A DNA stretch of 64,000 nt from Eledone cirrhosa (lineage: Eukaryota), in contig OZ024741.1 of assembly GCA_964016885.1 (NCBI GenBank), forward strand, positions 398,784,001 through 398,848,000. Direction: 5' to 3'. The translations under genes and the position numbers were made by a program. The notes under the pieces were generated by a model, which worked only from the letters and a program-made list of their open reading frames with translations, made no database searches and was not told the DNA's origin. Position 1 is the stretch's first letter; the number at the start of each line of letters is the position of its first letter. Shown here in pieces: positions 49,101 through 64,000 of this stretch.

Positions 49101-52100
49101 AGCTATAAAACCAGTCCTTAGCTATAAAACCTACCCTTAGCTAAAAAACCAGTCCTTAGCTATAAAACGAATCCTTAGCTACAAAACCAGCCCTAAGATA
49201 TAAAACCAGTTCCTAGCTATAAAACCAACCCTTAGCCATAAAATCAGTTCTTAGTTATAAAACAAGACCTTAGCTATAAAATCTAGCCTTAGCTATAAAA
49301 CCAATCCTTAGCTATAAAACCTAGCCTTAGCTATAAAACCAGCCCTTACCTATAACAGCTACACTTAGCTATAAAACCAGTCCTTAGCTTTAAAACCAAC
49401 CCTTTACTATAAAACCTACATTTAGCTATGAAACATAGTCTTAGCTATAGAACCAGTCCTTAGCTATGAAACCAACCCTTAGCTATAAAACCAGTTCTAA
49501 GCTATAAAACCAGAGCTTAGCTATAAAACCTAGCCTTAGCTATAAAACCAGTCCTTAGCTATAAAACCAGCCGTTAGCTATAAAACATACCCTTAGCTAT
49601 AAAACCAGTCCTTAGTTATAATTCCTAGCCTTAGCTATAAAACCAACCCTTTGCTATAAAAACTATACGTATCTATAAAGCCTACCTTTAGCTTAAAACC
49701 TAAGATTAGCTATAAAACAAGTCCTTAACTATAAAAACCACCCCTTAGCTATAACAGCTACCCTTAGCTATAAAACAAACCCTTAGCTATAAAACCAGTC
49801 CTTAGCTACAAAACCATTCTTTAGTTATATAACCTACGCTTAGATATAAATCTACCTCTCAGCTATAAAACCTACCATTAGCTATAAAACCTACCCTTAG
49901 CTATAAAACCTACCCTTAACTATAAAACCAACCCTTAGCTATAAAACCTAAACTTAGCTATAAAACCACCCATTAGCTATAAAACCTACACTTAGCTATA
50001 AAACCTACCCTTAGCTATAAAACCTAACTTTAGCTATAAAACCTACCATTAGCTATAAAACCTACCCTTAGCTATAAAACCTACCCTTAACTATAAAACC
50101 AACCCTTAGCTATAAAACCTAAACTTAGCTATAAAACCACCCATTAGCTATAAAACCTACACTTAGCTATAAAACCAAACCTTAGCTATAAAAGCCCCCC
50201 TTAGCTATAACAGCTACCCTTAGTTATAAAACCAACCCTTAGCTATAAAACCAGTCCTTAGCTATAAAACCATACTTTAGTTATATAACCTACCCTTAGA
50301 TATATATCTACCTCTTAGCTATAAAACCAGTCCTCAGCTATAAAACCTAACCTTAGCTATAAAACCACCCATTAGCTATAAAACCAGCCCCTAGCTATAA
50401 AACCTACCCTTAGCTAGAAAGCCAGTCCTTAGCTATAAAACCAATCCTTAGCTATAAAACCAGTCCTTAGTTATAAAACCAGCCCTGAGCTATAAAACCT
50501 GCCCTTAGCTATAAAACCTACCCTTAGCTATAAAACAAGACTTTAACTATAAAACTTGCTCTTAGCTATAAAACCAACCCTTAGGAAGAAAACCAGTCCT
50601 TAGCTATAAAACCTACCCTTAGCTATAAAACTAGTCCTTAGATATATAACCAACCCGTAGCTATAAAACCGATCCTTAGCTATAAAACTTACTCTTAGCT
50701 ATAAATCCGGTCCTTAGCTATAAAACCAGTTCCTAGCTATAAAACCAACCCTTAGCCATAAAACCAGTTCTTAGCTATAAAACAAGACCTTAGCTATAAA
50801 ATCTAGCCTTAGCTCTAAAACCAATCCTTAGCTATAAAATCTAGTCTTAGCTATAAAACCACCCCTTAGCTATAACAGCTACACTTAGCTATAAAACCAG
50901 TCGTTAGATTTAAAACCAACCCTTTACTATAAAACCTACCCTTAGCTATGAAACCTAGTCTTAGCTAAAGAACCAGTCCTTAGCTATGAAACCAACCCTT
51001 AGGTATAAAACCAGTTCTAAGTTATAAAACCAGACTTTAGCTATAAAACCTAGCCTTAGCTATAAAACCAGTCCTTAGCTATAAAACCAGCAGTTAGCTA
51101 TAAAACATAACCATAGCTATAAAAACTACACGTATCTATCAAGCCTACCTTTAGCTTAAAACCTAAGATTAGCTATAAAACCAGTCCTTAACTATAAAAA
51201 CCACCCCTTATCTATAACAGATACCCTTAGCTATAAAACAAACCCTTAGCTATAAAACCAGTATTTAGCTATAAAACCATTCTTTAGTTATAAAACCTAA
51301 CCTTAGATATCAATCTACCTCTTAGCTATAAAACCTACCCTTAGCTATAAAACCTACCCTTAGCTATAAAACCAGTACTTAGCTATGAAACCTATCTATT
51401 AGCTATAACAGCTATCCTTAGTTATAAAACCAACCCTTAGCTACAAACCCGACCCTTAGCTATAAAACCTACCCTTAACTATAAAACCAAACCTTAGCTA
51501 TAAAACCAACCCTTAGCAATAAAACCATTCTTTAGTTATATAACCTACCCTTAAATATAAATCTACCTCTTAGCTATAAAACCTACCCTTAGCTATAAAG
51601 CCTAACGTTAGCCTTAAAACTACCCATTAGCTATAAAACCTACCCTTAGCTATAAAACCTACCCTTAATTATAAAACCTAGCCTTAGCTATAAAACTTAA
51701 ACTTAGCTATAACACCTACCATTAGCTATAAAACCTACACTTAGCTATAAAACCTAACCTTAGCTAAAAAAGCCCCCGTTAGCTATAACAACTACCCTTA
51801 GTTATAAAACCAACCCTTAGCTATAAAACCAGTCCTTAGCTATAAAACCATTCTTTAGTTATATAACCTACCCTTAGATATAAATCTAACTCTTAGCTAT
51901 AAAACCTACCCTTAGCTATAAAACCTAAACATAGCTATAAAACCACCCATTAGCTATAAAACCTACACTTAGCTATAAAACCTAACCTTAGCAATAAAAG
52001 CCCCCCTTAGCTATAACAGCTACCCTTAGCTATAAAACCAGTCCGTAGCTATAAAACCAGTCTTTAGCTATAAAACCTAACCTTAGCTATAAAACCTAAT

Positions 52101-55100
52101 CTTAGCTATAAAACCTACCCTTAGCTATAAAACTAGTCTTTAAATATAAAACCCACCCTTAGCTAGAAAACTTACCCTTAGCTATAAAACCCACCCTTAG
52201 CTATAAAACAAGTCCTCAGCTATAAAACCTACCCTTAGCTATAACACTAGCCCTTAGCTATAAAACCAGCCCTTAGCTATAAACCTACCCTTAGCTAGAA
52301 AGCCAGTCCTTAGCTATAAAACCAATCCTTAGCTATAAAACCAGTCCTTAGTTATAAAACTACCCTTATCTATAAAACCAAACCTTGGCTATAATAACTA
52401 ACCTTAGCTATAACACCACCTTTTAGCTATAAAACCCAGCCTTAACTATAAAACTACCCTTATCTATAAAATCAATCCTTATCTATAAAACCTATCCTTA
52501 GTTATAAAACCAATCCTTAGCTATAAAACCTACCCCTAGCTATAAAACTAGTCTTTAAATATAAAACCTACCCTTAGCTATCAAACCTACCCGTATCTTT
52601 AAAACCAACCCTTAGCTACAAAACCAGTCCTTAGCTATAAAACCAGTCCTTAGCTATAAAACCAGTACTTAGTGATAAAATCTATCCCTTAGCTATAACA
52701 GCTACCCTTAGTTATAAAACCTACCCTTAGATATAAAATTACCCCTTAGCTATAAAACCTACCCTTAGCTATAAATTCTACCCTTAGATATAAAACCAGT
52801 CCTTAGCTCTAAAACCAGACTTTAGCTATAAAACCTACCCTTAGATAAAAAAGTACCTGTTAGCTATACTACCTAACTTTAGCTATAAAACCTAATCTTA
52901 GCTATAAAACATACCCTTAGCTATAAAACTAGTCTTTAAATGTAAAACCTACCCTTAGCTATAAAACCCACACTTAGCTATAAAACCAGACCTCAGCTAT
53001 AAAACCTACCCTCAGCTAGAGAGCCAGTGCTTAGCTAAAAAATAAATCATTAGCTATAAAACCAGTCCTTAGTTATAAAACCAACCCTGAGATATAAAAC
53101 CTAACCTTGATAAAATCAACCCTTAATAATAAAACCAGTTCTTAGCTATAAAACTAGTCTTTAGCTATAAAACCTACCCTTAGCTATAAAACCAGACTTT
53201 AACTATAAAACCTACTCTTAGCTATAAAACTAGTCCTTAGATATAAAACCAAACCGTAGCTATAAAACCGATCCTTAGCTATAAAACTTACTCTTAGCTA
53301 TAAAACCGGTCCTTAGCTATAAAACCAGACTTTCGTTATAAAACCTACCCTCAGATATAAAACTACCTCTTAGCTATAAAACCTACCATTAGCTATAAAA
53401 CTAGTGCTCAGCTATAGAAGCTACACTTAGCTATAAAACCAGCCCTTAGCTATAAAACCAGACCTTATCTATAAAACCTACCCTTAGCTAGAAAGCCAGT
53501 CCTTAGCTATAAAACGAATCCTTAGCTATAAAACCAGCCCTAAGATATAAAACCAGTCCGTAGCTATAAAAGCTAGCATTAGCTATAAAACCAGTCATTA
53601 GCTATAAAAGCAATCCTTAGCAATAAAATCTAGACTTAGCTGTAAGACCAGTTCTTAGATATAAAACCTACCCTTAGCTATAAAACCAGTCCTTAGCTAT
53701 AAAACCTAACCTTAGCTATAAAACCTAATCTTAGCCATAAAACCTACACTTAGCTATAAAACTAGTCTTTAAATATAAAACCCACCCTTAGCTAGAAAAC
53801 TTACCCTTAGCTATAAAACCCACCCTTAGCTATAAAACAAGTCCTCAGCTATAAAACCTACCCTTAGCTATAACACTAGCCCTTAGCTATAAAACCAGCC
53901 CTTAGCTATAAACCTACCCTTAGCTAGAAAGCCAGTCCTTAGCTATAAAACCAATCCTTAGCTATAAAACCAGTCCTTAGTTATAAAACTACCCTTATCT
54001 ATAAAACCAAACCTTGGCTATAATAACTAACCTTAGCTATAACACCACCTTTTAGCTATAAAACCCAGCCTTAACTATAAAACTACCCTTATCTATAAAA
54101 TCAATCCTTATCTATAAAACCTATCCTTAGTTATAAAACCAATCCTTAGCTATAAAACCTACCCCTAGCTATAAAACTAGTCTTTAAATATAAAACCTAC
54201 CCTTAGCTATCAAACCTACCCGTATCTTTAAAACCAACCCTTAGCTACAAAACCAGTCCTTAGCTATAAAACCAGTCCTTAGCTATAAAACCAGTACTTA
54301 GTGATAAAATCTATCCCTTAGCTATAACAGCTACCCTTAGTTATAAAACCTACCCTTAGATATAAAATTACCCCTTAGCTATAAAACCTACCCTTAGCTA
54401 TAAATTCTACCCTTAGATATAAAACCAGTCCTTAGCTCTAAAACCAGACTTTAGCTATAAAACCTACCCTTAGATAAAAAAGTACCTGTTAGCTATAATA
54501 CCTAACTTTAGCTATAAAACCTAATCTTAGCTATAAAACATACCCTTAGCTATAAAACTAGTCTTTAAATGTAAAACCTACCCTTAGCTATAAAACCCAC
54601 ACTTAGCTATAAAACCAGACCTCAGCTATAAAACCTACCCTCAGCTAGAGAGCCAGTGCTTAGCTAAAAAATAAATCATTAGCTATAAAACCAGTCCTTA
54701 GTTATAAAACCAACCCTGAGATATAAAACCTAACCTTGATAAAATCAACCCTTAATAATAAAACCAGTTCTTAGCTATAAAACTAGTCTTTAGCTATAAA
54801 ACCTACCCTTAGCTATAAAACCAGACTTTAACTATAAAACCTACTCTTAGCTATAAAACTAGTCCTTAGATATAAAACCAAACCGTAGCTATAAAACCGA
54901 TCCTTAGCTATAAAACTTACTCTTAGCTATAAAACCGGTCCTTAGCTATAAAACCAGACTTTCGTTATAAAACCTACCCTCAGATATAAAACTACCTCTT
55001 AGCTATAAAACCTACCATTAGCTATAAAACTAGTGCTCAGCTATAGAAGCTACACTTAGCTATAAAACCAGCCCTTAGCTATAAAACCAGACCTTATCTA

Positions 55101-58100
55101 TAAAACCTACCCTTAGCTAGAAAGCCAGTCCTTAGCTATAAAACGAATCCTTAGCTATAAAACCAGCCCTAAGATATAAAACCAGTCCGTAGCTATAAAA
55201 GCTAGCATTAGCTATAAAACCAGTCATTAGCTATAAAAGCAATCCTTAGCAATAAAATCTAGACTTAGCTGTAACACCAGTTCTTAGATATAAAACCTAC
55301 CCTTAGCTATAAAACCAGTCCTTAGCTATAAAACCTACCCTTTGCTACAAAACCTACCCTTAGCTATAAAACCTAGTCTTAGCTATAAAACCAGTTCTTA
55401 GCTATAAAACCAACCCTTAGCCATAAAACCAGTTCTTAGCTATAAAACAAGACCTTAGCTATAAAATCTAGCTTAGCTATAAAACCAATCCTTAGCTATA
55501 AAACCTAGCCTTAGCTATAAAACCACCCCTTAGCGATAACAGCTACACTTAGCTATAAAACCAGTCCTTAGCTTTAAATCCAACCCTTTACTATAAAACC
55601 TACCCTTAGCTATAAAACCTAGTGTTAGCTAAAGAACCAGTCCTTAGCTATGAAACCAACCCTTAGCTATAAAACCAGTTCTAAGCTATAAAACCAGACC
55701 TTAGCTATAAAACCTAGCCTAAGCTATAAAACCAGTCCTTAGCTATAAAGCCAGCAGTTAGCTATAAAACATACCCTTAGCTATAAAACTAGTCCTTAGT
55801 TATAACTCCTAGCCTTAGCTATAAAACCAAGCCTTTGCTATAAAAATTAGACGTATCTATCAAGCCTACCTTTAGCTTAAAACCTAAGATTAGCTATAAA
55901 AAGAGTCCTTAATATGAAAACCACTCCTTAGCTATAACAGCTACCCTTAGCTATAAAACAAACCCTTAGCTATAAAACCAGTATTTAGCTATAAAACCAT
56001 TCTTTAGTTATAAAACCTACCCGTAGATATAAATCTACCTCTTAGCTATAAAACCTACACTTAGCTATAAGACCTACCCTTAACTATAAAACCAACCCTT
56101 AGCTATAAAACCAGTCCTTAGCTATAAAACCAGTACTTAGCTATAAAACCTATCCCTCATCTATTAAAGCTATCCTTAACTAAAAAACCAACCCTTAGCT
56201 ATACACCCGACCCTTAGCTATAAAACCTACCCTTAACTATAAAACCAACCCTTAGCTATAAAACCAACCCTTAGCTATAAAACCTACTCTTATCTATAAA
56301 ACCAGTCCTTGGCTATAAAATCATTCTTTAGTTATATAACCTACTCTTAGATATAAATCTATCCCTTAGCTATAAAACCTAAACTTAGTTTTAAAACCAC
56401 CCATTAGCTATAAAACCTACACTTAGCTATAAAACCTAACCTCAGCTATAAAAGCCTCCCTAAGCTATAACAGCTACCCTTAGTTATAAAACCAACCCTT
56501 AGCTATAAAACCAGTCCTTAGCTATAAAACCATTCTTTAGTTATATAACCTACCCTTAGATATAAATCTACCTCTTAGCTATAAAACCTACCCTTAGCTA
56601 TAAAACATAATCTTAGCTATAAAACCACCCATTAGCTATAAAACCTACCCTTAGCTATAAAACCCACCCTTAGCTATAAAACTAGTCTTTAAATATAAAA
56701 CCCAGCCTTAGCTACAAAACCTACCATTAGCTATAACACCCACCCTTAGCTATAAAACCAGTCGTCAGCTATAAAACCTACCCTTAGCTATAACACCAGC
56801 CCTTAGCTATAAAACCAGTCCTTAGCTATAAAACCATTCTTTAGTTATATAACGTACTCTTAGATATAAATCTACCTCTTAGCTATAAAACCTACCCTTA
56901 GCTATAAGACATAATCTTAGCTATAAAACCACCCATTAGCTATAAAACCTACACTTAGCTATAAAACCTAACCTTAGCTATAAAAGCCCCCCTTAGCTAT
57001 AACAGCTACCCTTAGTTATAAAACCAACCCTTAGCTATAAAACCAGTCCTTAGCTATAAAACCAGTCTTTAGCTATAAAACCTAACCTTAGCTATAAAAC
57101 TAGTCTTTAAATATAAAACCCAGCCTTAGCTACAAAACCTACCCATAGCTATAACACCCACCCTTAGCTATAAATCCAGTCCTTAGCTATCAAACCTACC
57201 CTTAGCTAGAAAGCCAGTCCTTAGCTATAAAACCAGCCCTTAGCTATAAACCTACCCTTAGCTAGAAAGCCAGTCCTTAGCTATAAAACCAATCCTTAGC
57301 TATAAAACCAGTCCTTAGTTATAAAATCAGCCCTGAGCTATAAAACCTACCCTTGGCTATAATAACTAACCTTAGCTATAACACCACCTTTTAGCTATAA
57401 AACCAGTCCATAGCTATAAAACTACCCTTATCTATAAAACTCGTCTTTAAATATAAAACCTACCCTTAGCTATAAAACTCATCTTTAAATATAAAACCTA
57501 CCCTTAGCTATAAAAACTACCCTTATCTATAAAACCAACCCTTAGCTATAAAACCAGTCCTTAGCTATAAAACCATTCTTTAGTTATATAACCTACCCTT
57601 AGATATAAATCTAACTCTTAGCTATAAAACCTACCCTTAGCTATAAAACCTAAACATAGCTATAAAACCACCCATTAGCTATAAAACCTACACTTAGCTA
57701 TAAAACCTAACCTTAGCAATAAAAGCCCCCCTTAGCTATAACAGCTACCTTTAGTTATAAAACCAACCCTTAGCTATAAAACCAGTCCGTAGCTATAAAA
57801 CCAGTCTTTAGCTATAAAACCTAACCTTAGCTATAAAACCTAATCTCAGCTATAAAACCTACCCTTAGCTATAAAACTAGTCTTTAAATATAAAACCCAC
57901 CCTTAGCTAGAAATCTTACCCTTAGCTATAAAACCCACCCTTAGCTATAAAACAAGTCCTCAGCTATAAAACCTACCCTTAGCTATAACACTAGCCCTTA
58001 GCTATAAACCTACCCTTAGCTAGAAAGCCAGTCCTTAGCTATAAAACCAATCCTTAGCTATAAAACCAGTCCTTAGTTATAAAACTACCCTTATCTATAA

Positions 58101-61100
58101 AACCAAACCTTGGCTATAATAACTAACCTTAGCTATAACACCACCTTTTAGCTATAAAACCTAGCCTTAACTATAAAACTACCCTTATCTATAAAATCAA
58201 TCCTTATCTATAAAACCTATCCTTAGTTATAAAACCAATCCTTAGCTATAAAACCTACCCCTAGCTATAAAACTAGTCTTTAAATATAAAACCTACCCTT
58301 AGCTATCAAACCTACCCGTATCTTTAAAACCAACCCTTAGCTACAAAACCAGTCCTTAGCTATAAAACCAGTCCTTAGCTATAAAACCAGTACTTAGTGA
58401 TAAAATCTATCCCTTAGCTATAACAGCTACCCTTAGTTATAAAACCTACCCTTAGATATAAAATTACCCCTTAGCTATAAAACCTACCCTTAGCTATAAA
58501 TTCTACCCTTAGATATAAAACCAGTCCTTAGCTCTAAAACCAGACTTTAGCTATAAAACCTACCCTTAGATAAAAAAGTACCTGTTAGCTATAATACCTA
58601 ACTTTAGCTATAAAACCTAATCTTAGCTTTAAAACATACCCTTAGCTATAAAACTAGTCTTTAAATGTAAAACCTACCCTTAGCTATAAAACCCACACTT
58701 AGCTATAAAACCAGTCCTCAGCTATAAAACCTACCCTCAGCTAGAGAGCCAGTGCTTAGCTAAAAAACAAATCATTAGCTATAAAACCAGTCCTTAGTTA
58801 TAAAACCAACCCTGAGATATAAAACCTAACCTTGATAAAATCAACCCTTAATAATAAAACCAGTTCTTAGCTATAAAACTAGTCTTTAGCTATAAAACCT
58901 ACCCTTAGCTATAAAACCAGACTTTAACTATAAAACCTACTCTTAGCTATAAAACTAGTCCTTAGATATAAAACCAAACCGTAGCTATAAAACCGATCCT
59001 TAGCTATAAAACTTACTCTTAGCTATAAAACCGGTCCTTAGCTATAAAACCAGACTTTCGTTATAAAACCTAACCTCAGATATAAAACTACCTCTTAGCT
59101 ACAAAACCTACCATTAGCTATAAAACTAGTGCTCAGCTATAAAAGCTACACTTAGCTATAAAACCAGCCCTTAGCTATAAAACCAGACCTTATCTATAAA
59201 ACCTACCCTTAGCTAGAAAGCCAGTCCTTAGCTATAAAACGAATCCTTAGCTATAAAACCAGCCCTAAGATATAAAACCAGTCCGTAGCTATAAAAGCTA
59301 GCATTAGCTATAAAACCAGTCATTAGCTATAAAAGCAATCCTTAGCAATAAAATCTAGACTTAGCTGTAACACCAGTTCTTAGATATAAAACCTACCCTT
59401 AGCTATAAAACCAGTCCTTAGCTATAAAACCTACCCTTTGCTACAAAACCTACCCTTAGCTATAAAACCTAGTCTTAGCTATAAAACCAGTTCCTAGCTA
59501 TAAAACCAACCCTTAGCCATAAAACCAGTTCTTAGCTATAAAACAAGACCTTAGCTATAAAATCTAGCTTAGCTATAAAACCAATCCTTAGCTATAAAAC
59601 CTAGCCTTAGCTATAAAACCACCCCTTAGCGATAACAGCTACACTTAGCTATAAAACCAGTCCTTAGCTTTAAATCCAACCCTTTACTATAAAACCTACC
59701 CTTAGCTATAAAACCTAGTGTTAGCTAAAGAACCAGTCCTTAGCTATGAAACCAGTCCTTAGCTTTAAAACCAACCCTTTACTATAAAACCTACATTTAG
59801 CTATGAAACATAGTCTTAGCTATAGAACCAGTCCTTAGCTATGAAACCAACCCTTAGCTATAAAACCAGTTCTAAGCTATAAAACCAGAGCTTAGCTATA
59901 AAACCTAGCCTTAGCTATAAAATCAGTCCTTAGCTATAAAACCAGCCGTTAGCTATAAAACATACCCTTAGCTATAAAACCAGTCCTTAGTTATAACTCC
60001 TAGCCTTAGCTATAAAACCAAGCCTTTGCTATAAAAACTAGACGTATCTATCAAGCCTACCTTTAGCTTAAAACCTAAGATTAGCTATAAAAAGAGTCCT
60101 TAATATAAAAACCACCCCATAGCTATAACAGCTACCCTTAGCTATAAAACAAACCCTTAGCTATAAAACCAGTATTTAGCTATAAAACCATTCTTTAGTT
60201 ATAAAACCTACCCGTAGATATAAATCTACCTCTTGGCTATAAAACCTACACTTAGCTATAAGACCTACCCTTAACTATAAAACCCAACCTTAGCTATAAA
60301 ACCAGTCCTTAGCTATAAAACCAGTACTTAGCTATAAAACCTATCCCTCAGCTATTAAAGCTATCCTTAACTATAAAACCAACCCTTAGCTATACACCCG
60401 ACCCTTAGCTATAAAACCTACTCTTATCTATAAAACCAGTCCTTGGCTATGAAACCATTCTTTAGTTATATAACCTACCCTTAGATATAAATCTATCCCT
60501 TAGCTATAAAACCTAAACTTAGTTTTAAAACCACCCATTAGCTATAAAACCTACACTTAGCTATAAAACCTAACCTCAGCTATAAAAGCCCCCCTTAGCT
60601 ATAACAGCTACCCTTAGTTATAAAACCAACCCTTAGCTATAAAACCAGTCCTTAGCTATAAAGCCATTCTTTAGTTATATAACCTACCCTTAGATATAAA
60701 TCTACCTCTTAGCTATAAAACCTACCCTTAGCTATAAAACATAATCTTAGCTATAAAACCACCCATTAGCTATAAAACCTACACTTAGCTATAAAACCTA
60801 CCCTTAGCTATAAAACTAGTCTTTAAATATAAAACCCAGCCTTAGCTACAAAACCTACCATTAGCTATAACACCCACCCTTAGCTATAAAACCAGTCGTC
60901 AGCTATAAAACCTACCCTTAGCTATAACACCAGCCCTTAGCTATAAAACCAGTCCTTATCTATAAAACCATTCTTTAGTTATATAACGTACTCTTAGATA
61001 TAAATCTACCTCTTAGCTATAAAACCTACCCTTAGCTATAAGACATAATCTTAGCTATAAAACCACCCATTAGCTATAAAACCTACACTTAGCTATAAAA

Positions 61101-64000
61101 CCTAACCTTAGCTATAAAAGCCCCCCTTAGCTATAACAGCTACCCTTAGTTATAAAACGAACCCTTAGCTATAAAACCAGTCCTTAGCTATAAAACCAGT
61201 CTTTAGCTATAAAACCTAACCTTAGCTATAAAACCTAATCTTAGCTATAAAACCTACCCTTAGCTATAAAACTAGTCTTTAAATATAAAACCCAGCCTTA
61301 GCTACAAAACCTACCCATAGCTATAACACCCACCCTTAGCTATAAATCCAGTCCTTAGCTATCAAACCTACCCTTAGCTACAAAGCCAGTCCTTAGCTAT
61401 AAAACCAATCCTTAGCTATAAAACCAGTCCTTAGTTATAAAATCAGCCCTGAGCTATAAAACCTACCCTTGGCTATAATAACTAACCTTAGCTATAACAC
61501 CACCTTTTAGCTATAAAACCAGTCCTTAGCTATAAAACTACCCTTATCTATAAAACTCGTCTTTAAATATAAAACCTACCCTTAGCTATAAAACTCATCT
61601 TTAAATATAAAACCTACCCTTAGCTATAAAAACTACCCTTATCTATAAAACCAACCCTTAGCTATAAAACCAGTCCTTAGCTATAAAACCATTTCTTAGC
61701 TATGAAACCAGTACTTAACTATAAAACCTATCCCTTAGCTATAACAGCTACCCTTAGTTATAAACCCTACCCTTAGATATAAAACTACCCCTTAGCTATA
61801 AAACCTAGCCTTAGCTATAAAACCTAACCTTAGCTATACAACCACACATCAGCTATAAAACCTACCCTTAGCTATAAAACATACCCTTAGCTATAACAGC
61901 TACCCTTAGTTATAAAACCAACCTTTAGCTCTAAAACCAGACTTTAGCTATAAACCTACCTTTAGATAAAAAACTACCTCTTAGCTATAAAACCTAACCT
62001 TAGCTATAAAACCTAATCTTAGCTATAAAACCTCCCCTTAGCTATAAAACTAGTCTTTAAATATAAAACCTACTCTTAGCTATAAAACCAGTCCTCAGGT
62101 ATAAAACCTACCCTTAGCTATAAAGCCTGCCCTTAGCTACAAAACCAGTCCTTAGCCATATAACCTACCCTTAGCTAGAAAGCCAGTTATAGCTATAAAT
62201 CCAATCCTTAGCTATAAAGCCAGTCCTTAGTTATAAAACCAGCCCTGAGCTATAAAACCTACCCTTAGCTATAAAGCCTACCCTTAGCTATAAAACTAGT
62301 CTTTAAATATAAAAACCTACCCTTAGCTATAATACCTACCCTTAGCTATAAAACCCACCCTTAGCTAGAAAACCAGTCCTTGGCTATAAAACCATTACTT
62401 AGCTATAAAACCTAGCCCTTAGCTATAAAAGCTACCCTTAGCTATAAAATCCACCCTTAGCTATAAAATCAGTCCTTAGCTATAAAACTAGTATTTAGCT
62501 ATAAAACCAGTCCCTAGCTATAAAACTAACCCTTAGTTATAAAACCTACCCATAGCTATAAAACCACCGCTTAGTTATAAAACGTACCCTTAACTATAAA
62601 ACCTACCATTAGATATAAAACCTACCCTTAGATATAAAACTACCTCTTAGCTATAAAACCTACCCTTATCTATAAAACTAGTCTTTAGGTATAAAACCTA
62701 CGCTTAGCTATAAAACCTACCCTTAGCTATAAAACCACCCCTTAGCTATAACAGCTACGCTTAGCTATAAAACCAACCCTTAGCTATAAAACCAGTCCTT
62801 AGCTAAAAAACCAATCTTTTGCTATAAAACCTACCCTCAGCTATAAAACCACCCCTTAGCTATAAAGCCAGTCCTTAGTTATAAAACCAGCCCTGAGCTA
62901 TAAAACCTACCCTTAGCTATAAAGCCTACCCTTAGCTATAAAACTAGTCTTTAAATATAAAAACCTACCCTTAGCTATAAAACCTACCCTTAGCTATAAA
63001 ACCCACCCTTAGCTAGAAAACCAGTCCTTGGCTATAAAACCAGTACTTAGCTATAAAACCTTCCCATTAGCTATAAAATCAGTCCTTAGCTATAAAACCA
63101 GCCCTTAACTATAAAACCACCATTAGCTATAAAACCAATCCTTAGGTATAAAAGCAGTCCTTAGCTATAAAATCAACCCTTAACTATAAAACCTATCATT
63201 AGATATAAAACCAGTCCTTAGCTATAAAAGCAGTCCTTAACTACAAAACTAGTCTTTAGCTATAAATCCAACCCTTTGCTATAAAACCAACCCTTAGCTA
63301 TAAAATATAACCTTAGCTATAAAACCTACCGTTACCTATAAAACCAAACCTTAGCTATAAAACTAATCTTTAGCTATAAAACCAGTCCTTAGCTATAAAA
63401 CCACTTAGCTATAAAACTAGTCTTTAGCTATAAACCAGTCCTTAGCTATAAAACCAGTCCTTATCTATAAAATGAGTCCTTAGCTATAAAACCAGTCCTT
63501 ATCTATAAAACTAGTCTTTAGCTATAAAACCAGTCCTTAGCTATAAAACCAATCCTTAGTTATAAAACCTACCCTTAGCTATAAAACCACCCCTTAGTTA
63601 TAAAACCTACCCTTAGCTATAAAACCTACCATTAGATATAAAACGATTCCATAGTTATAAAACCAGTTCTTAACAATAAAACTAACCCTTCACTATGAAA
63701 CCAGTCTTTCGCTATAAATCCTACCCTTAGCTATAAAACCTACCCTTAGCTATAACACCTACCCTTTGCTATAAACCAACCCTTAGCTATAAAACCTACC
63801 CTTAGCTATAAAACCAAACCTTAGCTATAAAACTAGTCTATAGCTATAAAACCAGTCCTTAGCTATAAAACCAGTTCTTAGCTATAAAACTAGTCTTTAG
63901 CTATAAAACCAGTCCTTAGCTTTAAAACTAGTATTTAGCTATAAAACCAGTCCCTAGCTATAAAACTAACCCTTAGTTATAAAACCTACCCATAGCTATA
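31170..64000. repeat. 19-bp satellite array, >32.8 kb, roughly 1,700 monomers, consensus CTTAGCTATAAAAC(CTACC/CAGTC/CAACC...)
   Basis: Directly visible in one orientation throughout; no ORFs in the track; continues past the window end. Confidence 0.98.
32064..32135 (-). mobile_element. Family A SINE 5' fragment inside the satellite
   Basis: GGCGTCCGACAATCTAACGATACTGCCAATCCCGCC matches 4476-4510 and the reverse complement of ~8388-8460. Confidence 0.7.

Noticed and set aside
31170-64000. CRISPR-like constant/variable alternation, or a telomeric array
   Set aside because: The variable parts are 5 nt and recurrent, there are no cas genes and the context is eukaryotic. It is not (TTAGGG)n, and the C-rich strand is on plus, the wrong polarity for a telomere at the right end.

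Overview
Repeat-saturated eukaryotic DNA with no recognisable host gene. The SINE families and microsatellite density suggest a cephalopod such as Octopus (inference). Bases 1-31,100 are a mosaic of decayed mobile elements, most embedded in (TA)n/(CA)n/(TC)n tracts: Tx1/L1-clade LINE pieces, several Penelope-like elements (PLEs; RT + GIY-YIG) with tandem and inverted pseudo-LTRs, two tRNA-derived SINE families, mariner- and hAT-type MITEs, and a CRE-like fragment. Reading both strands by hand gives about 13 hammerhead ribozyme (HHR) motifs or remnants from about 8 sequence families. They include a U3:A8 core variant and a non-coding 530-bp HHR-bearing tandem unit resembling a retrozyme. A SINE whose tRNA-like head is amplified 19 x 71 bp lies at 28.4-30.1 kb. 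Bases ~31,170-64,000 are one 19-bp satellite array (constant CTTAGCTATAAAAC plus a variable 5-mer) with higher-order duplications, running off the window end. All folds and alignments were done by eye; coordinates of decayed elements are approximate.
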